A stretch of 54,008 bases of DNA, the filler included, from Sphacelaria rigidula (lineage: Eukaryota), in assembly GCA_964200075.2 (NCBI GenBank). It is 5 parts of 5 records of this genome, joined end to end, with 100 filler letters (N's around TTAATTAATTAA, not from the genome) between each part and the next. Parts side by side here need not be neighbours in the genome. Positions count along the whole stretch, not along the records: positions 10,824 to 21,545 come from CAXNAA020006026.1; positions 21,646 to 32,367 come from CAXNAA020006027.1; 3 more parts are not named here. One strand, given 5' to 3'. The position numbers were made by a program, and so were the translations under genes. This document shows, piece after piece, positions 12,710 to 24,518 of the stretch; the stretch's first letter is position 1; the number at the start of each line of letters is the position of its first letter. The notes under the pieces are model-generated. The model had not been told where the DNA came from. It worked only from the letters and a program-made list of their open reading frames with translations, and did not search any database.

Positions 12710-14407
12710 TTGCTCATCATGCACGGGAAGAAATCTAGTCGGAGAAGCGGGGGAGATTCGTTTCAAAAGGGTAAGATTTGTGGTTCCGGTGAAACGTTGG
12801 AATCCAGCACGGTGACAGATCATCCCCGTAACGGTATTCTAAAGATTGGAAAGGAATCACAATCCTGTACAGATGAAAGTGTCAACCAGTCTGTAGGCAA
12901 TTCATTGCAGCCGGGTACAAGTAGGGTCTCAGTGTTGAAATCTTGTGAGACATTCAAGTCTGGCCGTCGGAATGGTGTGTTGAGTAGGGGTAGCTCCCCT
13001 AGTTGTGCGCCGATTCTAAACGATATTTTATGTGACAGTAAAACATCGAGTGCAAAAGCATGCAGCCAAGTTGTATCAATTGAGGCTTTGGTCGCCGCTA
13101 GGGTAAAGGATGTACCCGATGTGATTGTACAGTCACATAGTACAGAGCACCCATTAGATAATGTAAGCATCCAGGGTGAGGCTAGAATTCCGCATGGTCG
13201 AGAAAGTAATCAAAATAAATCTCACTACCCAGTTGGACCGGGGACCACATGCCAGGAGATTCCCGCCGAAAGTTCCCCCGTGCAAGGCAAAACCGCCCGC
13301 ACCGGGAGGAATAGTAATAGTAGTAGTCACCTACTTGGACGGCATGATAATTCTCCCGTTGAATCTAGAACTCCCGCGGTGCACTGCGCAAATGCCCATG
13401 ACAGTCGGGAAAATAGAAATGCTCCGGCAGGGGAAAAGGAGAATCGCCCCGCCGAAATTTCCACTGGGCAAGATGAAAACAAACGTACCAGTTCGACAAT
13501 TAGTAGCATTCAAGCAGGCAGGAATAAAAATTCTTCAAGTAGAGACTCCGATGTGCCTAGCCGATCAGCACGCAACAGTCGGGGCGACAGTAAGATAGGT
13601 CAGGGAAGATCAAGTGTAGTTGGTTCTACTCTCGATCTAGCAACCGTGCACGAAAGTGGATCAGCTGATGACGGTAACGATGTGCAGGATTGCATGACTA
13701 TTGATTTCCCCGATAGTGCCGTTAAGGCATCCCAAGATACTTCATGTCGACAAGATAGTGATGAATCTTCGTGTTGCGTCGTGCGTAGTGTAGTTGTAGA
13801 AAATGGTAGCGGCTCAAGTAGGACACCGGGGGAAAGTATTTACGCGCTGGACCCGAAAACTGGCAGTCGTTTGCCTACAGAACCAGTTTCTGCCCGCGTG
13901 CCAGCGACAATATCTAGTCAGGTTGCGCGAGGGAAGAAAGGACCCTACTTGGAAGAAATTCAGCAAGCGATGGGAGGAGAAGTGAGTTTAAACCGTAAAG
14001 AAAGTTCAACCCGGGCACAAATTTTCTCAGGCCCGAAGGCAACTATAACTTTAGAGGTAAAAGCTTTGATAGACACGGAGAGTCCTGCGACGTTTATTCA
14101 TTACAAAATATGGAGAAAAATGGTTGATGTTGGGGCGGCTACCATTGAAGGTACCCGGGAGATAGACCCTGTATCCTGGGGTGATTTCAATGGTGTTCCG
14201 TTGTGCACTTCTTCACAGGTGCGGTTGAATACTCGTTTGTGGCCTAGAAGACTCAACCCAAAAATATCAGTTCAAACCGGACGCGCATGGTTGGCAATTT
14301 ACGCTCATGTAGTACCGGACGGAACAACGAACTATGACGTTTTAGTAGGACGTGATGGCCTAGGTTTATTCCCGGTCAGAACGTATCGTGATGTAAACCA
14401 ACGATAA
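12710..14407 (+). pseudogene. Ser-rich spacer plus aspartic protease
   Basis: About 430 aa of low-complexity S/G/N-rich sequence, then KALIDTESPATFI (D-T-G-like active site, with G changed to E) and YDVLVGRD. Confidence 0.75.
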
Positions 14408-14413
14408 ACAGTC

Positions 14414-17252
14414 ATGACCTTGCAAGGACATAACATCGGCTCAGTTGATCGTGCGTTTGCGGAACAAGTCCGCAATGCTGTTGGCTTCGTGGGACCAAAG
14501 TCGTCGGCAGCTCAAGTTACAGTAGTTTACAACGGATCTCAGGAAATGATACGACCAGATATATTGTCATGGGTCCCTGTCAAACTCTGTAACATGGATG
14601 GAACACCGTCTGAGGGTGGCTCTCACTATGTAACTCTGGATCCAGATTGGTCTCCCCATGAGATTATTATAGAAGCAGGTGACTCTATCATCCCTCTCCA
14701 ATACACCGGTTTAGAAGGACAGAGTTTGTCCCCGAACACCACTCTAGGTTTCGCTGGAGCACCTTTAGTGCCATGCTCTTTGGAAGTTAAGATCTCTAAA
14801 ACAACGGAGCCGGAACCCGAGGAAGTATTCACAGTAGACCAGCAGCTAGACGAACCTCCAGTCTTAGCAGGCTTGGACGGTGAACAACAACAAGCGTTTA
14901 AAAATATGTGGGTGAAGCTTCCCACACACATGCGAAAAATAAAGTTTGGGTTGGAAGCTGCGCACTGGAAGGTTAAGGACATCAAAAGTTTGGGGGAACT
15001 CCTGTGCAAATGTTCACATAGATTTTCAAAGGACAAGATGGATTTGGGGTATTGTGTGGTGGATCCGTTTAGGATTGAACTCAAACCGGGAACGAGGCCT
15101 GTAAAACAGCGCCCGAATCGGCATAACCCGGCGGTCCAAAAGAAAGTACAAGTGGAAATCGATCGCATGTTGGCTGCAGGCATTTTGAGGAGGTCATATT
15201 CAAATTGGAGTAATCCGCTAGTAGTGGTGAACAAAGCGGATGGGTCCATTCGAATTACGTGCAACTACAAGAAGCATAATGATAGTACAATAATTCCGGT
15301 GTTACCAATTCCAATAATTGAGGAACTCCTGGATGAACTCGGGGGTGCCAAAATATTTTCATGTTTGGACATCACCTCCGGATACTTTAACGTAGCTATA
15401 CACCAGGACTCCATTCCTCTGGCGGCGATTTGCACGCAGAGTGGTCTATATGAATGGTTGGTCATGCCTATGGGATGTAGCGGAAGTCCAGGTTGGTTCC
15501 AGTCTATCATGATAAAGAATATGTGATGGGTTAGCACGATGTCGCCTATACATTGACGATGTGTGTACGTTCAGTGGAACAGGAGGACAACATGTAGAGG
15601 ATCTGGAAGGTCTTTTTCAACGACTGGCCAAGTACAATCTCAAGTTAGCACCGAATAAGGCACACGTAGGAACAAGAGAAACGAAATTTTTAGGACATCA
15701 CATCTCGGCTGATGGGATTTCCCCGGATCAGGAGAAGGTACGGGCTCTGACAAAAATGCCAATGCCAAAGGATGTATCTCAGCTCAGATCATTGTTGGGA
15801 GGGTTGGGGTACTACCGAAAATTGATTCCGCGTATGGCTGGAAGACTCAAACCTCTAACGCAGTTGTTGAAGAAGGGGGTTCGTTTTGATTTTACCCAGG
15901 AGCATGAAGCTATAGTCAAGGCAATATTATCATCCTTGACAAGTACAAATGTTCTAGCATTTCCAAATTATGACGACGCCGTTTCGGGGAAACGACCATT
16001 TATGCTCACCACGGATGCTTCACTGGATGGTTTAGGCGCGGTGGTGGAACAACGTCAAGAGGACAATACGGTTCGTCCTCTGGTTTTTTTAAGTAGAGGA
16101 ACACTCCCCAACGAGAGGAATTGGAGTGTGTCTGAACTAGAAGCAGCGGCTATTGTATGGGCCATCAAAAAGAACAGGCCACTTTTCTATGGTCTGCCGT
16201 TCGAGATTTACACGGGTCATCAACCGTTGAGAAATTTACTGAATCTCGCAGAAAAGGTTCCGCGAGTTCAGCGTTGGCACGACTTCCTCAGTGCGTACAC
16301 GTACGAAATCAAGTACAAGCCAGGGCGTGTTAACGCAAATGCCGATATGTTGTCGCGTCTACCACAGCCACCGAACGAAAATGACCCTGGAGACATGGAT
16401 GTTTACTTCATTGGAGCTAGTGGCGTTTGGCCGAGAAATTTCAAAAGCCCGACCAGGGATGAACACATAGGTTCGGTAGTGAGTACCCAGGATTCAAAGT
16501 TGAACGGGCTGGACCCTGGATCGGTTTTCAAAATTGGGGAAAAAGAAGTAAACACAGCACCGCTCACGACCTCCGAGAAAGCTGACCAACAATGGATAGA
16601 GCTACAAAGAGCGAAAGGTAGTAGTGATACAAGCAAAATAGGAAGGAAAATAGCGAACAAGCCTCCGTACGTAGTACCGGACGACTCTCCGCTGATTTAT
16701 CCCCATCGTAGTAATATGGTAAGTGGACAATTAGAACAGGGTCTAACCTTGAACGCATGTCCGATCACGGAAATAGGGAGGAGATTAATACAGCCTCTAA
16801 AACACAGGGCAGTGTCGGTAATCGAACCCACAAAAGAAGTAGGAAGCAGTAGTGCGGGGTCAAAAATAATGGTATCAACGACTCTGGAAGCGGAAGAAGC
16901 GTGTAATTTTGGGGAACAGTTATGCCAGAAATCGGCAACAGATTGGGCTCAGATACAGCAGGAAGATCTTACGTCTAGGACGGTCATCGAATACTCGAAA
17001 AAACGAGTGACGGTGCTGACGAAAGATCAGGAGAAGGGGGTCCCTACACGAACTGACTTATCGGAGTTCAAAAGGTTGTTGAAAAATGGAACACTTTTGG
17101 AACTGGCGGACGGAAGTTTTCTATTGGTAAAAATGCAGACTCCAACGCCCAGTCAAATGGACCGAAATCCGGGACAGTTTGAGAGGTATTTGGGAGAAGA
17201 GCCGATCAGGACGTACATGCCACTGTTGTTGAGACCTTGGGTGATGGATTAA
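14414..17252 (+). pseudogene. Reverse transcriptase and RNase H
   Basis: PVKQRP, WSNPLVVV, LDITSGY and MPMG, then a frameshift to RLYIDDV; RNase H motifs LTTDASLDGLGAV, ELEAAAIVWAI, YTGHQPL and NANADMLSR. Confidence 0.92.
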
Positions 17253-19093
17253 ACTCACAAAGAAGCTATCCACTTGGGGGAAGGTATTACACTATCTTTG
17301 TTGAAACGGTATTATTGGTGGATTGGAATGAAGGACAGTGTGAAATTCTGGGTTAGACGATGCTATACATGTCAAGCTAGGAAAAATCCAAGATATACGG
17401 TGAGGTGGCCACTCTCTCTTGACCGCTGCCAAGTCAACCAGGGCAGATGGTCTCGTTCGATTTGTTGGGCCCGTTGCCGAGATCAACAAGAGGAAACAAA
17501 CACATCCTTTTGATGGTGGATCTGTTTAGCAGACATGCAGAAGCGTATGCGATGACCAAAGAAGAGAAAACGGCAGAAGTTTGTGCGAATATTTTAGCGC
17601 ACGACTACATCCCGAGATGGGGGTGTCCTCATACGTTACTGTCGGATAGAGGAACGGAGTTTACAGCCAAAGTAGCAAGGTTGGTCTATGAGATGTTGGG
17701 AGCCGTGAAACGATATACAAGTGCGTATCACCCACAGACAAACGGAATGGTTGAGCGACTAAACCACACGTTGTGTCAAATGTTGTCGTATATGGTGGCG
17801 GATGACCAGAAGGATTGGGATCAGTTGTTGTTACACGCTATTTCCGCACACAACAATAACGGAAGTAGGGGAATAGGATTGGCGCCGAATGAGGTGCATA
17901 TCGGAAGGTATCCCAGGTTACCCATGACCATCCCGGAAAAGAGGGGTGCGTCCGGACACCAAGGATTGAAGGCAGATCAACTTGAGTATTTGCAGTTGAT
18001 GAAGGATCGTCAAACCAAAGCGTACGATCTTGTAAGACAAGAAGACTATTTACTAAAATCCAAGCATGAGTCAAATAATGAGCAAGCGGAGGAAGTTCTG
18101 AATCGACGACCAAAATGGGAAGTAGGCAACTGGGTGTTTGTTTATGATACCAATGGTACGATTATGTCCGGAGGAAATGCGGTACGAGAGGGAGGGAAAA
18201 CATCTCTATCGTCGAAATTGTCTCACTCATGGAAGGGACCGTACAAAATTTTAGTGGTAGGACCAGGTATTTCGGAAAAGGGAGAGCTAGTAGGAGAAAA
18301 ATTACTCTTGCTAGAACTTCGGAAAAATGAGCCGGGAGTGATTATGAGTCCTCGAGTTTCGGTGTTGCGACGTAAGCGGTGCTACAATCCAAAAGACGAG
18401 CCGGAGCCACCCAAATCATTACCTTGGGGTCTGAGTGAATACGTGTTGAACCAGTACTCGGAATTGTCACCGCCGTTACACCTTACAGAGGAGGATGTGT
18501 CAGTGCAGTTAGACAAGTACAGGTTGAAACCCACAAAAATCGTGAGCCACCGTTTATCTCGCGGTTTGGTGGGGAAGCTGTCCGTACAATACTTGCTATA
18601 TTGGGAAAATTTGGAAAGGCCGAGATGGGAACATGAAGAGGATGTAAAACAATATGGTCGTGTGATTTCAACATACTGGATGGGAAATCCGAAGATGGAG
18701 AAACCCGATAACTCAAAGTATCGCAAGTGTCGTATTAACTTGGCACGAAGAGAGGAGGCGAGGGGGCGGGGGGAAATGTTTGTGGCTAAGAGTTACGAAG
18801 TCAGGGGCAACGTCAATGATGGCCCTCACGTTTACGATCCGCAACTCGTTGGATGCTACATTTATTTTTGTATGCAGAAAGCAGGGTGGCAGCTAGCCCA
18901 AATCATGGGACTTCAGGAAAATGCGGCGCTGCAAAGTCGCCCGCATACGTTGAGGATGTTGGACCTGGGAAGGCGGTACAATGTCCACCTGTTGGCGGAA
19001 AATTTGAATACTTCCAGGAATCGAGCAGGGGATTGGTGCTGGCATGTTCATGTGCAGCAAGGGACATCGAAGATCTTCGCACACACACTGTAG
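17220..19093 (+). pseudogene. Integrase (HHCC, DDE, GPY) with chromodomain and C-terminal extension
   Basis: THKEAIHLG...CYTCQ zinc finger; VSFDLLGP, SDRGTEF, PQTNGMVERLN; WKGPYKI; chromo-like KIVSHR...VQYLLYWENLERPRWEHEEDV; about 140 further residues. Confidence 0.92.
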
Positions 19094-21207
19094 CTGGAGA
19101 GGATTCAGGGAGCCCATCGACCATCATCGCACATGAAGACGGACATCAGAAGACGTAGATATGGGGGGTGATTTGGCATCGGTACATGACAACGAGGAGC
19201 AGAAGGAGCCAGAAGAATGATGAAATATCATGGCTAACTGTCTGATTTCAGCTTGAATGTTTTTCTCCGTTTGATTTTGGGATTTGACTGTTGAAATAAT
19301 TGTGTGGGTCGAACACACGCGGAAATTACAAGGAAGAGAGCCGATTCTTGAAGTAACATGTGCGGGAAGTCTTGTAAAATAAGGGATGTGGCGATTTTTC
19401 TTGGAGTTTTCTTTTCCAGGGTCAAGAGTTGGGGGTTTTGTGTTTGAGTATCGAACGGAAATATGGAGGCTCACCAGGGTTTTTGCGGTTTGCAGTAGTT
19501 TGCTCACCAAATTTATCTGAACATGAGATAAAATTTGGATTCACAGAATGGGCTATTGTGGTGAGCCAACCTCTCGGAGACTTTATGGTTTTGTGCTGAA
19601 CCGGTTCTATGGGTAAAAGTAAGATGAGTGCGTATGGGAACCGGGGTAAAACAACATAAAATAGCTCTAAATCGGGGTACAGGGATTGTGCTATATAATA
19701 ATATTTCTAGGCACTGCGAGCCACACGTTGAGGTTTGTACACAAGTGGGGAGGTATATTCCAAGTTAGGTTGTTTAAAAGTCAAGAAAACTTGTAGACAG
19801 GTTAGCAGGTTTGGGAATCTGAAGTATATCCAAGAAAATACAGCAAAGCAAGATTTGATCTTTGGAGCTTTTGTGTGTTGAGGGTAGATACAGGATGAAT
19901 ACCTGTGGGGTATTCATTCCCGAGTAGAGCGATTCTTTGAAAGGCAAAGTCCACATTTGGGTTCAAGTGCGGGAGCAAGGACAAAATGGTCAAATACTAG
20001 CGGGGTGCATTCGAGCATCGACGCAAACTCCCATGATGATCGCTTCGTTCTACACCCTTCTCTCAGCTTCAGCAGCAAGCTTTGTTCTACAGTTGTAGGG
20101 CAAGTTTCGGTCTGTTTTCCGGTTATAGGTTGATTTCGTGTCGATTCCTGGGGCCTTCCAGTATCGTGGAATAAAATAATCTATACAACAAGTGGCAACT
20201 CATCACCTTTCGACAACTTTTTGGGATTCTTCACGTCCCATCACTTTGAGGTTCTGCGAATCGCATCACCTCAGCCCCATAACAGTGGTTTAACCTTTGT
20301 TGGAGATCTGAGCTCAAGTTTTTCTCCTGACGAGAGGGATTACAACCCTCGGATAGAAAGGGCCTTTATTATCGACAAATAATAAAAATGGGAGAAGGTC
20401 TGGAATTCGGCAATCGCCTAGGGCTCATGATTATCTTGACCTACTGTTGTTGCTGTTAGATATCTCATTACAAATGGTGCTGATCTTGTCGTGTGCTTGC
20501 CTCCCCCGGCAAAATAAAGGGCAGGGTTATGCTACCTGCCCGTGTATGGCGCTCATAACTGTGGTGGAACATATTTCTCACAACCTCTCTGTGACACGGG
20601 GGGGCAGTCGGACAGGCTAGGGCGTGATCGACCGGCTCTGTTGGGATGCTATAGCAACAAACGTCAGTAAAAATACCGACTGTATTAAGCCCTGTAGATA
20701 GATAGCAGCATGCTTGCTTTCTGTGAGTTGTATGCAGATACACTCAATTTAACCACCAGCTATACACTTTTCAGACGGGGCGGTAGCGTACACTCGTAGC
20801 AGCACAGCAGGTAAGTAGATAGCTACTGGGTTGTTTCTGCTCTTCACTTCGAAAGTGCCATGTCTGCAAACGACGACCACCGTGCTTGACCCCACAAGCT
20901 CCTACCCCGCTGCCGGGGCACACGCCGTCTGGGGAGATAAATACCGCCACCCTGCGGTGCTTTTTACTCTGCGATATGGCCTAGGGTGTCACTAGCAAGG
21001 TTCATGATGATTATCGCATGCTTGCGAGGGTCACAGCGTGCGCCAAGGGCAGCTCTGCGGAGTATTGTGCTGGGGTCCGAAATATTAGACATTCGCCAAA
21101 CGTGAAGGCTTGGGGGAAAAAACTCGCCGCTTCATTTTGGGAGAACGTTCAAAAAATAGGTGCGAAAACTCCAAAAATCTCGGCGATCTCCCAACAAACT
21201 GTGTCGA

Positions 21208-21419
21208 TTATGATGCGTGAGAGGAACGCGTGCTTAGAGGACCGCACCTGAATTTGAACACCCTCATGGTTGGTGTTATGATTAGGGTTGGTGTTGGGGG
21301 TTGAGTCAGGGGCGTGGCTCCTGCAGGGACGGGCCCTATCGGTTTCGAAAAACGTCGATCCTTGGGTGTTTTGGACTACGGGGCGGTCCTCTAAGCACGC
21401 GGTCTTCTCACGCATTACG
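21208..21419. mobile_element. ~210-bp MITE, telomere-repeat-bearing family, copy 1
   Basis: Terminal inverted repeats (TIRs) atgcgtgagaggaacgcgtgcttagaggaccgc / gcggtcctctaagcacgcggtcttctcacgcat; internal ttagggttggtgttggggg; possible TCGA duplication. Confidence 0.85.
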
Positions 21420-21545
21420 TCGAAAATAACGGCCCTAACCAGCTGTCGGACCCCGATCGCACTTTGGTTAGATATACAACATATCCACTGAGCTAAAATG
21501 TCAGCGATGACTACGAGCTGGGCCAGCCCAGAAACGGATTTAACC

Positions 21546-21645
21546 NNNNNNNNNNNNNNNNNNNNNNNNNNNNNNNNNNNNNNNNNNNNTTAATTAATTA
21601 ANNNNNNNNNNNNNNNNNNNNNNNNNNNNNNNNNNNNNNNNNNNN
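21546..21645. other. Artificial contig spacer
   Basis: N44-TTAATTAATTAA-N44. Confidence 0.97.
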
Positions 21646-22243
21646 CGTGGTGTGTTGGACGAGTCGCATGAGGGGTGAGCTGCATCCTGCTAAGATTGTT
21701 CGGCCCGAAGCCTACTGGTTATCTTGCATTTGGATGGTAGTCTACAATGGGTTGCTTTATTTTCTGGTATCGCCACTTCCAGAGATGGCAACGGCTTACA
21801 CGCTGCCTCATGGATGCCGTGTGCTGGGGGAGTAGTGGATTGATCCCTTGAGATTACGGAGTCGCTCATAGGAAGGAGGGTTAGAAGTGAGGCAAAACAA
21901 ATCTATGAAGTGGGTGTTCCTGCTTACACTTCCCACCTTCTGAGACCAATCGGCCTTGTTGGTGGTCATCTCCTGTGTGCAGTTTGCCGCTAGTCATCCG
22001 ATGCAGCCCCGAGCGTCAACCCGAAACCGTCGATAACCTGTGCGCTGATGTGGCTTGCATATTTCCTATCGCGCTTAGAAGTTGTTGTGTACGAGCTGGG
22101 CCAGCTGATGGTGTTTTTCGTCGGTAATCGGGTGACGAGGTGCTCAATTCAAGGAGTTAGGGGCTGAAATGTTGACAAATTTGTATCGTCAACACGCGCA
22201 ACATTTTTGAGGATGTCAAAAAACGAACAGGGCCGATACGTAT

Positions 22244-22575
22244 CACACTGATTCGCCATCTGTGCTCCGGGACGTCACGACAACCGGCCAATACTTGGAC
22301 GCGGAGATCGCACGAGTGAACCCCACCCTCGACCCGTCCCGCCGAACGCTTCAACCTACAGTGGCAAAAATGCGAAAAACGCTCAACGACCTCCTACCTA
22401 GGATGGCGCTCAAACGTCTGGGTAGGAAGTCGTCAAGCGTCTTTTGCATTTTTGCTATTGTAGGTTGAAGCGTTTGGTGGGACGGGTCGAGGGTGAGGTT
22501 CGCTCGCGCGATTTCCGCGTCCAAGTCTTGGCCGGTTATCGTGACGTACCGGAGGACAGACGGCGAATCAGTGTG
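22244..22575. ncRNA. 332-nt long foldback; candidate miRNA/hairpin-RNA precursor (alternatively a foldback element)
   Basis: The arm cacactgattcgcc...cctacctagg pairs with ctgggtagg...ggcgaatcagtgtg. Arms are about 160 nt, nearly ungapped, with about 20 mismatches (mostly transitions) and a ~10-nt loop. The hairpin is certain; RNA function is inferred. Confidence 0.45.
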
Positions 22576-23469
22576 GTGTTCTTCTTCGTCGTCGTGCTTG
22601 GTATGGTGCGGGGCGTTGTCGGGCTCGGTATGGTACAGGGCTGCCATTGTAACAAAATGCTGTTTACCGTGTGTTGACGGACTGGGTCGGTTGAAAGTAA
22701 CCGTCGACGCCGATATGGATTAGTACGCAACAGTACAAAACCGCCAGAGGGTTCTGAGCCCTCGCCCCCCCGAGGCAGCAGAGCGCTCTGTCAATGAAGC
22801 TATGACGGTACGTTGAGGACAGGACAGTGCTCAGGAGAGCTGGCAGTGAAGATCCCAGTAGTGGGCTGAAGAGTAGAGTGAGAAGCGGGGGGCAAGTTGT
22901 GTTAACTTGCACCGTGTCTCGGACAAAAGACAGACCACAAATCAATCAAGCTCACAGGATGTGAACTTGATGGCGTCGTGGGCATTTGCGCTGAGGTCGG
23001 AGCGTACACATAGCTCCGTGGCTCCCGAGGTACACAGACAGTTCGATGAGTCCCCTGGAACGGGCTAGCCGTCACCCGAGGAACCTCCCTCGTGGCTGGA
23101 AGTCTCCTATGGACAGGACCCGTGGGTCTGGTTCTAGGTATAACCGTAAGGTATGATGGGTTCGCATAACTGGGACCCACATCGAGCGATTTATATTTTA
23201 GGCAAAGGTAGAAAATGCCGTAATCCATGACAAAAAAAACGGTGGCACCCCCGGAAATTAATTTCAAATTTACGCGCACAAGATTCTGGTGAAAATTCGG
23301 CTGAGAACTCCTGAAATTGAGCCAGCATGGAACTTTGTGTGTGACACCACTGCGCCCCTGCAATCTAAGTTACACGGAAGACTCCACTCATGAAGGTCAC
23401 GAGTCCGAATCCCGACAGATTATGGGGAAGGCGTATCGCTAGGGTAGACAGACCTACGGGGACGACTGT

Positions 23470-23790
23470 CGTTGGAGATGTCGTCCTAACGCCGAAGGAA
23501 CTCCGAGGCTGGCGATGATTTCCTCTTGTGTAATGTAGGCAAGAACGGGGTCAAAATGGAAGTGAAAGGGTGCGCCCCATTTTTCTCGGGAGATGTTCGG
23601 CCGCCTTGATATATACGGGCTCTTCCTGGCATCACCCTGAGTTGTCTAGTATCGTTGGCCTGGCAGGGTTCCGGTAATCTGGTCCTTTCGGACTGTTCCT
23701 ACTTGTACCTGCGTGCGCTGGTTCATACATTTGTGGCATCAATCTCTGATGTGTCACTACAAAGAGGTGTCTTCCCCCCTTCCCCCTTTT
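23470..23790. repeat. Dispersed repeat homologous (inverted) to ~1960-2270
   Basis: Shared blocks gccgaag.aactccgaggctggcgatgatttcctc, cttcctggcatcaccc.gagttgtctag and tgtggcatca.tctctgat. Confidence 0.75.
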
Positions 23791-24518
23791 TTGCGCCTCG
23801 AGCCCATCAGGACTGTCGCTGGTGGGACGAGGCAATCATCGGCTTCGCTGGTAATATAATCGTGGAGGATTATTTGAGTAACAATCACTGATCGAGTCAC
23901 GCCACTGCTAATCGCAAAGGTAGCCTCTCTCTACACTGTGGCACTGATTAAACACATCCAGTAAATTTCAGCTACCCGTGGTCAGTATCAGTGCATGCGT
24001 TTGCAAACCTTTCGATTCCGGTATCATCTGCCATGTAACTGTCATATGTGACATTTTCATTATTTTAGATGCATTTGCACTTCAGTGCTGTTTGCACCTG
24101 CCGGTTATACATGACTGGGCACTGGGACGCTGTTCGGTCCACGAGCGCCTGGGTTATTTTTGCACGGGTTCTGGGATGCCTTCGGTTCCGCGGACACCGG
24201 AGTAGGACAAAGTGCTCGCGTTAGTAATGAGGCAGTGAGTATCATGTTTTTATTCTGTGAGCATTGTGCTCTTTGGCGAAACATCGTCGAAATGACCCTT
24301 GCTTCTTGTCAGCAACTAACCCCATCGCTGAAAAGACACCCTCCTTGGGAAGTTGTACCCCCGTCACCGCGGACATATCAGATGTTATTCCGTTCATGTC
24401 TGTATTGTTCTGAGGTCGTTTCTGTGTGTAATTCTCATTTGATTTCCGAATCGTAACTTCGGGTTACTGTCCAACCCTTGAGCGTATTGCCAGGACGCTC
24501 GAGCAAAATGTTGAACAA

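Larger units (their letters stand above)
10824..19220 (+). mobile_element. Ty3/Gypsy (chromodomain-bearing) LTR retrotransposon, near-complete internal region, disabled
   Basis: Domain order is gag, zinc knuckle, protease, RT, RNase H, integrase, chromodomain. Several stops and frameshifts break the frame (near 12109, 12413, 14407, 15520, 17252, 17420). LTRs were not confidently located. Confidence 0.95.

Noticed and set aside
14626..15264. 212-aa antisense ORF and other minus-strand ORFs over the Gypsy pol and the C2 exons
   Set aside because: Shadow frames of real coding sequence with no recognisable motifs.
19220..20500. 3' LTR of the piece-2 Gypsy element
   Set aside because: Purine tracts exist (e.g. 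~19743), but no clear TG...CA boundary and no 5' LTR in the contig for comparison.
22262..22647. Two similar ORFs on opposite strands (LDAEIARxNxTLDPS) as a gene pair
   Set aside because: A direct consequence of the inverted repeat.
22960..23374. Solo LTR (tgtgaactt...aagttaca)
   Set aside because: The terminal repeat is imperfect, flanks cagga/cggaa give no clean TSD, and there is no second copy in the window.
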